Of a stretch of 21,324 nucleotides of DNA, positions 15,056-21,324 are shown in pieces. The notes under the pieces are model-generated. The model made no database searches. It saw only the letters and a program-made list of their open reading frames with translations, and was not told the DNA's origin. Made by a program: the position numbers and the translations under genes. Positions within the stretch are counted from its first letter, which is position 1. Each line of letters opens with the position of its first letter. The DNA is from Armatimonadota bacterium (GTDB lineage: Bacteria; Armatimonadota; UBA10988): NCBI GenBank assembly GCA_016235455.1, contig JACRKZ010000132.1, positions 1 to 21,324 on the forward strand, in the 5' to 3' direction.

Positions 15056-15400
15056 TCAGCTGGCGCAGCACCCGCGCAGCAGCGCGGCGGCGGCCTGTTG
15101 CTGGATGATCAGCGGGTCGTCGGCTATCGCGTCGACGGCAGCATCGGCCAGCGCCAGCGTGGCGGGCGGCAGGTCGTCGCGCAGGCAGTAGTCCATGCGC
15201 GCGCCATTGCGGCGGCCCTCGACGAGTCCGGCGCGCCGCAGGATGCCGAGGTTGCGGGAGACCGTGTACTGCGCCAGACCCGTGACCTGCTCCAGCTCGC
15301 AGACGCAGAGGATGCCATGCGCGCGCAGCAGCGCTAGCAGGCGCAGGCGTGGCGGGTCGGCCAGGGCACGCAGCAGGTCTCCGGTTTGGTCGGCGGTCAT
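15056..15400 (-). CDS. arsR: ArsR/SmtB family metalloregulatory repressor, 114 aa
   Basis: Start reassigned to ATG 15400. LRALADPPRLRLL, LCVCEL, VSRNLGILRRAGLV..RR.G...Y; C-terminal GCC. Confidence 0.93.
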   Translation of the reverse strand: MTADQTGDLLRALADPPRLRLLALLRAHGILCVCELEQVTGLAQYTVSRNLGILRRAGLVEGRRNGARMDYCLRDDLPPATLALADAAVDAIADDPLIIQQQAAAALLRGCCAS

Positions 15401-15410
15401 GGCATCTCGC

Positions 15411-16802
15411 TTAGCTGCGACCCAGTGGCCCGACGGGCGCCGTTCGCAGGGTCGCATAGTGCGTATTGTAGAGGGAGTCGTCGCCAATCTCGGCCATCTG
15501 ACGCCACATCTTGCCGCACATGGCTTCGACGGTGACCTGCCAGGCGGGCTCGTCGATCAGATTGCGGCGCTCGTGGGGGTCGTCGGCCAGGTTGTACAGC
15601 TCGTCGATGCCGCCGGGGCTGAAGACATATTTGAGTTGGTCGCACCAGACAATGCGCTGGCTGTAGACGAAACGCTGGCCAAAGAACTCGGCATAGGCTG
15701 CCCGCCGGTCAGGTGACCCGTGCAGCGCCTGAGCGAGGCTGGCGCCGTGGGCGCCGGACAGGGGCTCAACGCCGCACAGATCGAGCAGCGTGGGCCCCAG
15801 GTCGACCAGTGAGCACAGCGTTTCGCCGTCCTCGCCAAACCGCGTCTGGCCAGGCACGCTCAGCACGAGAGGGATGTTGTAGACCTCCTCGTAGGCTGTC
15901 GCCACGCCCTTGGCGGCCAGCCCGTGGGCGCCGAGCATGTCGCCGTGGTCGCTGGTGAACACGACGATGGTGCGGTCGGCCTGGCCGGTCTCCTCGAGCG
16001 CGGCCAGCAGCCGGCCCAACTCGTGGTCCAGCCAGGAGACCGTGGCCCAGTAGCTGGCCCGCACGCGGCGCCAGTCGTCGTCGCACAGCCCGCGCCAGAC
16101 GCGGGCCATGCGGCGCACGACCTCGGGCTTGTCCAAGCAGGCATCCCGCAGGCTGTCCGGCAGCGGCACGGCATCCAGGTCGTAGCGCTCGAGCCACTCG
16201 CGTGGCGGCTTGTAGGGATCGTGTGGTTCGATGGTGCTGACAAAGCAGCACCACGGCTCGGCCTTGCTGGCCGCGGCCCGGACATACCCGATGCCGCGTT
16301 CGAACGCCGGATGGTGGACCGGCCCAGGCCGGTCGTTGATGCCGGCCAGCAGGTAATCGCGATAGCCGGGCGTGCGCACCACCACCTGCCCCTCGGGCGA
16401 AAGTTCGACGGCGGCGCCTTGGCAGCCCGCGTCGTGCTCCTGCCAGCCGAACCGCGCCAGGTCGCCGCTCTGCTCGACATGCCACTTGCCGAAGTAGCCA
16501 GTGCGATAGCCGGCGTCGGCCAGGTTGTGGCTGAAGTACCGGAAGCGGTCCGCCGGCACATCGACCCAGTCGGCGCGCTGGGTATGGGTGCAATCCCACA
16601 TCCCATGCGCCGAGGGATAGAGGCCGGTCATCAGCGAGGCGCGCGCCGGCGAGCAGATGGCGTTGGTGGTATAGCAGCGGCCGAAACGCAGGCCGCGGCG
16701 AGCCAACGCGTCCAGGTGCGGTGTCTGGCAGGGGCTGCCCGGCGCGATGGCAGCCGCATTGGTGTGGTCGGTCATGACAAACAGGATGTTCGGGCGCTCC
16801 AT
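15411..16802 (-). CDS. Cytoplasmic formylglycine-dependent sulfatase (choline-sulfatase-like fold; substrate unknown)
   Basis: ATG 16802 with GGAG SD. RPNILFVMTD, CSPARASLMTG, GKWH, EPHDPY, FTSDHGDMLG, ELYNLADDPHE; no signal peptide. Confidence 0.93.
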   Translation of the reverse strand: MERPNILFVMTDHTNAAAIAPGSPCQTPHLDALARRGLRFGRCYTTNAICSPARASLMTGLYPSAHGMWDCTHTQRADWVDVPADRFRYFSHNLADAGYRTGYFGKWHVEQSGDLARFGWQEHDAGCQGAAVELSPEGQVVVRTPGYRDYLLAGINDRPGPVHHPAFERGIGYVRAAASKAEPWCCFVSTIEPHDPYKPPREWLERYDLDAVPLPDSLRDACLDKPEVVRRMARVWRGLCDDDWRRVRASYWATVSWLDHELGRLLAALEETGQADRTIVVFTSDHGDMLGAHGLAAKGVATAYEEVYNIPLVLSVPGQTRFGEDGETLCSLVDLGPTLLDLCGVEPLSGAHGASLAQALHGSPDRRAAYAEFFGQRFVYSQRIVWCDQLKYVFSPGGIDELYNLADDPHERRNLIDEPAWQVTVEAMCGKMWRQMAEIGDDSLYNTHYATLRTAPVGPLGRS

Positions 16803-16844
16803 AGCGGGCTCCACGGACGTGATGGCTGCAACGCGCTGGCCGCC

Positions 16845-19010
16845 TCAGTCGCCGGTGGCGGGCGCGAGCACCGGCGCTGGTGGTCGGCGGCGGCGACGGA
16901 TGCCAGACAGCAGCTCGCGAGCCTGGGCCAGTTCGGCCTCGGTGAGCGGCTGCGGCGAGAATCGGCCGCGCGCAACGAGGTCGGCCAGCCGGCGGATGTC
17001 GCGCGCCAGCCAGGGCCGGGCCTCGGCCCAGCGCTGCGCCAGCGCCAGCTCGGTGTCGGCGGGATCTCGAGTCACGCCGGCCCGCCGGGCCGCCCGGACC
17101 ATGGACGCCAGCAGCCTCTCTCCGCGCCGCTCGGCGCGGTTCAGCCGCCGGCGGGCGACATGGGGCCGTGCCTTGACCTGGCGCGCCCTGTAGCGCAGGT
17201 AGAGCGCGATGCCGAGCAGGCCCATCAGCGTCAGGCCGATGGCCAGGGCTTTGCCCAACGGCAGCCTGGCTACGGTGTTGCGCCATGCACTCCGCGCGCG
17301 GTCCATGACCAGGGCCAAGCCGGTCAACTCCTCGACGGCCATGCCGGTCGGGTCGAACTCCACCCAGCCGCGGCCGGGCAGCCAGCACTCCACCCAGGCG
17401 TGCGCGTCCTTGACCTTGACCAGCCACGACCCATCGGGCTGCTGCTCGCCCGAGCTGTAGCCGCTGACGACCCGCGTGGGCACCGCCACGCTGCGCGCGA
17501 GCACCGCGAAGGACGAGGCGAAGTGGCGACACCAGCCCGATTGCATGACCAGCAGGAAGTACTCGACGGCGTCGACGTTGCGCGGCACCGGCTGCGGCCG
17601 TAGCGTGTAGGTCTTGTGGTCGCCGAACCAGGTCATCAGCGCGGCGATCTTCTCTTCATAGGTCGTGCAGCCCTGGGTGATTTGGCGCGCCAGCATGCCA
17701 ACCCGCAGCGAGGTGGTGCGTGAGGTCTGCAGGTAGCGGTCGCGGTCGGCCGGTTTGAGCACGTGCCGGGTGCCTTCAGCGTCCTTGCCCGGCGCCCAGA
17801 CGGTGTAGCTGGTGCCTGGACCCAGGCCGGGCACCGCGCAGACGGTGCCCGCGGTGTTGACGATCAGGCGTGATGTGCCCGTCTGCACATGGCTCGTGCC
17901 GCGCACAGTGTAGATCAGTGTGCCGATGTCCATCAGCCGGTCGAACCGGAAGCGCTGCAGGTGCGCCGTGTCGGCCGGCGCGTCGGGTTTGACCTGGATG
18001 ACGCCGTCGCCCAACGCCTGCAGGTTGTGCAGGGCCTTCTCACCGGTTGGCTTGAAGCGGCGCCCGTCGTACTCGCCGTAGACCGAGCCGCGCCACAGCA
18101 GACCGGCCGGGCCTTGAACGCGGAACACGGGCACTTCGTTGTTCGAGCCGCCAACGTCACCGACTTCCAGGCACGGCTCGGCGCCCTCGGCCAGACGCGA
18201 CGCCGAGTACTGGCCAATCCACTGGGACAGACGCATGGCCAACGGCGCGCCGATGGTCTGCACGAAGGTGCTATGGAGGTGAAGGCCGCTGAGCGACACA
18301 CTGAAGACCACCGCCAGCAGGCCCATGACCGCGCCCAGACGCGCCAGCAACGCGGTGTCCTGGCGCCAGTCGCCCAGTTCGGTGCGACCGGCCACCTGGT
18401 TGGCGGCCGCGAGTTGCTGCCGGCGCCGGACGCGCAAGCGCAGCAGCAGCGATGCGCCGATGAAGGGCAGCAGCGCCGTCACGACGGCCGCGTCGGAGGC
18501 GATGATGCCCAGCAGCACAAACTGACTCAGGCCGAAGCCGATGCACAGTTGCAGATCAAAGTCCGTCAGTAGCGTCATGGCGCGGAAGGCGACGACCCAG
18601 GCGATGAAGCGGATCAGCCAGGCCACGAAGATGCTCTCGCCGCTCATCAGCCGGTCCAGGCTGAGCGTGCCGTGGTTGACCGCAAGCGCCGCCATCAGCC
18701 CGCCGGCCGCCACGGCAGCCAGGGTGACCCAGCCGTTGAGTCGACGCTGATTGGCGCCGCGCCGGCGCAGTGCGAGGCTGATGGGCAGGCCGATCACGCT
18801 GAGCACCAACACGACCACCAGCATCATCGGCTCAACCGCCAGAACGCTCCAGCCGGCGAGCACGGGCGCGATCACCGCCACCGCGGTGGCCACGTACATC
18901 ACCGGGTCGGCCGGGCCAACATCGCGTCGCCAGGCGGCACGGGTCTCGGCCATCTCCCGGCGGCGCGCCTCGGCCGCCTGCCGCTTCTGTTCGCGGGTGC
19001 GTCGTCTCAT
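16845..19010 (-). CDS. Membrane-bound transglutaminase-like protein (TgpA / DUF3488-type)
   Basis: Start reassigned to ATG 19010 (GGAGG SD; ATGA overlap). N-terminal TM bundle; Cys-His-Asp triad motifs GWCRHFAS, PTRVVSGY, AHAWVE and WVEFDPT; C-terminal TM. Confidence 0.92.
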   Translation of the reverse strand: MRRRTREQKRQAAEARRREMAETRAAWRRDVGPADPVMYVATAVAVIAPVLAGWSVLAVEPMMLVVVLVLSVIGLPISLALRRRGANQRRLNGWVTLAAVAAGGLMAALAVNHGTLSLDRLMSGESIFVAWLIRFIAWVVAFRAMTLLTDFDLQLCIGFGLSQFVLLGIIASDAAVVTALLPFIGASLLLRLRVRRRQQLAAANQVAGRTELGDWRQDTALLARLGAVMGLLAVVFSVSLSGLHLHSTFVQTIGAPLAMRLSQWIGQYSASRLAEGAEPCLEVGDVGGSNNEVPVFRVQGPAGLLWRGSVYGEYDGRRFKPTGEKALHNLQALGDGVIQVKPDAPADTAHLQRFRFDRLMDIGTLIYTVRGTSHVQTGTSRLIVNTAGTVCAVPGLGPGTSYTVWAPGKDAEGTRHVLKPADRDRYLQTSRTTSLRVGMLARQITQGCTTYEEKIAALMTWFGDHKTYTLRPQPVPRNVDAVEYFLLVMQSGWCRHFASSFAVLARSVAVPTRVVSGYSSGEQQPDGSWLVKVKDAHAWVECWLPGRGWVEFDPTGMAVEELTGLALVMDRARSAWRNTVARLPLGKALAIGLTLMGLLGIALYLRYRARQVKARPHVARRRLNRAERRGERLLASMVRAARRAGVTRDPADTELALAQRWAEARPWLARDIRRLADLVARGRFSPQPLTEAELAQARELLSGIRRRRRPPAPVLAPATGD

Positions 19011-20251
19011 GCCGCCACCTCCCGCGGATCGAGCACCGCCGTGAGGCTGGCCCCCGGCTGCAGCACGCTCAACGCCACACCACTGCCGGCCAACCGAGCG
19101 CGCACCGCCTGCGGCGTGAGGAGACTGTCCGGCACGGGCTTGGCGTCGGCCGCGGCATAGGCGCGCGCGTCGGGCAGGATCAGCCACACGCCCCGACCCA
19201 GCTCGCCCAGCCGCCGCAGGTCGGCCAGCAGCGTCGCGTCGGCACCTGCCGAGATGACCACCAGCGCCGCTCCCGGACCCACCCGGTCGGCCTGCTGGGA
19301 GAGCAGCGCCGGCATCGACACCGCGCCATCGCCCCGCATCAGCGCCAGCGCGTCGAGCAGGTCGCGGTTGAGGCCGCGCCCGCCGTACGTGGCGAAGTCG
19401 AGGGCCTGCTCCTCGTGGGCCGCCAGCCGCGCCGGCCGGCCCTGCTCCGACAGCCAGGCCATGACCGAGGCCGCCGAGCTGACCGCCGCCTCCAGCGAAC
19501 TGCCGGGCCCAGCGCCAAACACCTGGCGTGCATCGAGATCAAGCAGGACGACGCCCTCGGCGGCGCTGGGCCGTTCGTACTCCTTGGTCATCAGCCGGCC
19601 GGTGCGGGCCGAGGCCAACCAGTGGACATGGCGCAGATCGTCCCCGGGCTGATACTCGCGCAGGCTGTGCAGGACCAGGCCGGACGCGGCGGTGCCCCGC
19701 CGGCCATCGTCCAGGCCGGTGCGACCCAGCGCCAGGTGGGCCGCGAGCGGCTCCACGCGCGGGTGCACCAGCACCTCCTGCCGCGTGTCGACCAGGTCAC
19801 GCGTCACCTCGAACAGGCCCAGCGGGTCGCCGACGGTCACCTGCACCGGCCCCAGCACGGTGCGTCCGCGCACCGCCGGCGGCGCTTCGGCCTCGACAGC
19901 CACCTCGGACTCGCCCGACAGAAGGGGCACGAGCACGCTGCGCTCGGCATGCACCCGCAGCGCCGCGTTGGCGTGTCGGTCATGCAGCATGAGGCCCGAC
20001 TTGGGTATCGAGCCCAGGTTGCGCACATCGAACCCGAGGCTCAGCGGCTGACCCACCACCAGCCGGTCGGGCAGCGCGCGGCGCCGCACCTCCAGGCCGT
20101 GCGCGCCAAACCGCGCCAGCGCATAGCAGACGACCAGCAGACTCATGGTCATCCAGGCCAGCACATAGAGCGCCAGGCGGTCATTGGCCGCGGCCACCAG
20201 ATAGAGGAAGCCGCTGGTGACGACCAGCATCCTGATCCCACGTCGCCGCAT
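19007..20251 (-). CDS. DUF58 domain protein
   Basis: N-terminal TM pair, DPLGLF, LVHPR, LREYQPGDDLRHVHWLASARTGRLMTKEYE, VLLD; directly downstream of moxR. Confidence 0.93.
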   Translation of the reverse strand: MRRRGIRMLVVTSGFLYLVAAANDRLALYVLAWMTMSLLVVCYALARFGAHGLEVRRRALPDRLVVGQPLSLGFDVRNLGSIPKSGLMLHDRHANAALRVHAERSVLVPLLSGESEVAVEAEAPPAVRGRTVLGPVQVTVGDPLGLFEVTRDLVDTRQEVLVHPRVEPLAAHLALGRTGLDDGRRGTAASGLVLHSLREYQPGDDLRHVHWLASARTGRLMTKEYERPSAAEGVVLLDLDARQVFGAGPGSSLEAAVSSAASVMAWLSEQGRPARLAAHEEQALDFATYGGRGLNRDLLDALALMRGDGAVSMPALLSQQADRVGPGAALVVISAGADATLLADLRRLGELGRGVWLILPDARAYAAADAKPVPDSLLTPQAVRARLAGSGVALSVLQPGASLTAVLDPREVAA

Positions 20252-20259
20252 GGCTCACC

Positions 20260-21192
20260 TCACGGTGCCGGCGTGCGCGCCAGCAGATCGCGGACAATGG
20301 CCTCGGCGCCGCCGCTGGTACCGCGGGCCGCGGCGTGAAGCGACAGGCGATGGGCCAGCACGGCCGGCGCCAGCTCCTGGACATCGTCGGGCCGCACGTA
20401 GTCGCGACCGTCGATGAGCGACAGCGTCTTGGCGGCGGTGCTCAGGGCCAGCGCGGCGCGCGGGCTGGCACCCAGGCGCACGCGCTCGTCGCGCCGTGTC
20501 GCCTCGATCAGGTCGAGCAGATAGTCGTCGATGCGCTGGTCACAATGCACCTGACCCACCTGCTGCTGGCACTCGGTGACGGTGGCCAGGTCGACCACCG
20601 GCTCGATGCCGGCCAGCGGGTCGGCGGCGGGATCGCGCCGCAGCAGCGTGCGCTCGTGCTCGCGGCCGGGATAGCCCAGGTGCAGCCGCATCATGAAGCG
20701 GTCGAGCTGCGACTCGGGCAGCGGGTAGACCCCTTCGAATTCCACGGGGTTCTGCGTGGCCATGACCAGGAACGGCCGCGCCACCTGATGCGCCTCGCCG
20801 TCGACGGTGACCGTCTCCTCCTCCATGCACTCCAGCAGCGCCGACTGAGTCTTGGGTGAGGCCCGGTTGATCTCATCGGCCAGCAGCACGTTGCAGAAGA
20901 CCGGGCCAGGCCGGAACCGAAAGGCGCCCGTGGCCGGCTCATAGAGCGTGACGCCAGTCACATCGGCGGGCAGCAGGTCGGGGGTGAACTGGATGCGCCG
21001 CGAGCTGCCACCCAGGCTCTTGGCCAGCGCGCGAGCCAGCATGGTCTTGCCCACGCCGGGCACATCCTCCAGCAGCACATGCCCGCCACCGATCAGCGCC
21101 ACCACCGTGTGCCGGACGACCGTGCGCTTCCCGAACACCACCCGCTCCACCGTCTCCACCAAGCGGTCAGCAACCACCTTTGCGTCGACCAT
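20260..21192 (-). CDS. moxR: MoxR family AAA+ ATPase
   Basis: Walker A EDVPGVGKT, RIQFTPDLLPADVTG, Walker B LLADEINRA, ATQNP, LPESQLDRF, GASPR. Confidence 0.96.
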   Translation of the reverse strand: MVDAKVVADRLVETVERVVFGKRTVVRHTVVALIGGGHVLLEDVPGVGKTMLARALAKSLGGSSRRIQFTPDLLPADVTGVTLYEPATGAFRFRPGPVFCNVLLADEINRASPKTQSALLECMEEETVTVDGEAHQVARPFLVMATQNPVEFEGVYPLPESQLDRFMMRLHLGYPGREHERTLLRRDPAADPLAGIEPVVDLATVTECQQQVGQVHCDQRIDDYLLDLIEATRRDERVRLGASPRAALALSTAAKTLSLIDGRDYVRPDDVQELAPAVLAHRLSLHAAARGTSGGAEAIVRDLLARTPAP

Positions 21193-21265
21193 GCCAAGCG
21201 ATCCTTTCTGCGTTTGAGCCCCGTGAGAACCCCGTTACAGTTACGTTCCCCGTTGGACCCAAAGG

Positions 21266-21299
21266 CAAGCCCCCCTGAGTGACCACTCAGGGGGGCTTG
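21266..21299. terminator. Perfect 16-bp inverted repeat; probable intrinsic terminator of a gene outside the window
   Basis: CAAGCCCCCCTGAGTG-ac-CACTCAGGGGGGCTTG. On the minus strand it is followed by CCTTT, only a weak U-tract. Confidence 0.6.
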
Positions 21300-21324
21300 G
21301 CAACCAATTCGCAATACGCGGCGC

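Noticed and set aside
14954-15058. The arsR TGA stop is in frame with arsP with no intervening stop, suggesting selenocysteine or readthrough giving an ArsR-ArsP fusion
   Set aside because: The spacer holds the promoter/operator and arsP's own SD and has non-coding-like codon use. I see no SECIS-like hairpin, and the TGA is not in a redox motif. In-frame openness over ~34 codons is unremarkable at this GC content.
9634-15400. Calling the cluster a respiratory arsenate reductase / arsenite oxidase or a complete cytochrome c maturation locus
   Set aside because: No molybdopterin, Rieske or ferredoxin subunits, and no heme lyase genes (ccsA/resB/ccmF) in the window.
1-21324. CRISPR arrays, tRNA/rRNA genes, transposases, integrases or phage genes
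   Set aside because: No regularly spaced repeats or recognisable motifs were seen, and intergenic spaces are too short.

Overview
Very GC-rich bacterial window, densely coding and almost all on the minus strand. The gene content (sulfatases, GH2, DegT, amidohydrolase) would fit an Armatimonadota/Planctomycetota-type organism, but that is an unverified guess. Reading right to left on the minus strand: a MoxR AAA+ / DUF58 / transglutaminase-like triad, a cytoplasmic sulfatase and arsR. Next comes a palindromic operator with an extended -10 promoter and a tightly coupled eight-gene thiol-redox operon: ArsP permease, C_GCAxxG_C_C protein, small redox-active disulfide protein, anchored thioredoxin, CcdA, DGC protein, an exported 8-heme cytochrome c with a C-terminal thioredoxin domain, and an exported redoxin. 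A Tat-exported sulfatase (+) diverges from a secreted GH2. The GH2 is followed by two probably paralogous 2-TM membrane proteins that flank an amidohydrolase + DegT aminotransferase pair, and then a truncated secreted protein. The best candidate for a novel system is the ArsR/ArsP-linked redox relay ending in the octaheme-thioredoxin fusion, whose Trx domain is a clear duplicate of the operon's free thioredoxin. All family calls come from motif recognition by eye; no searches were run.
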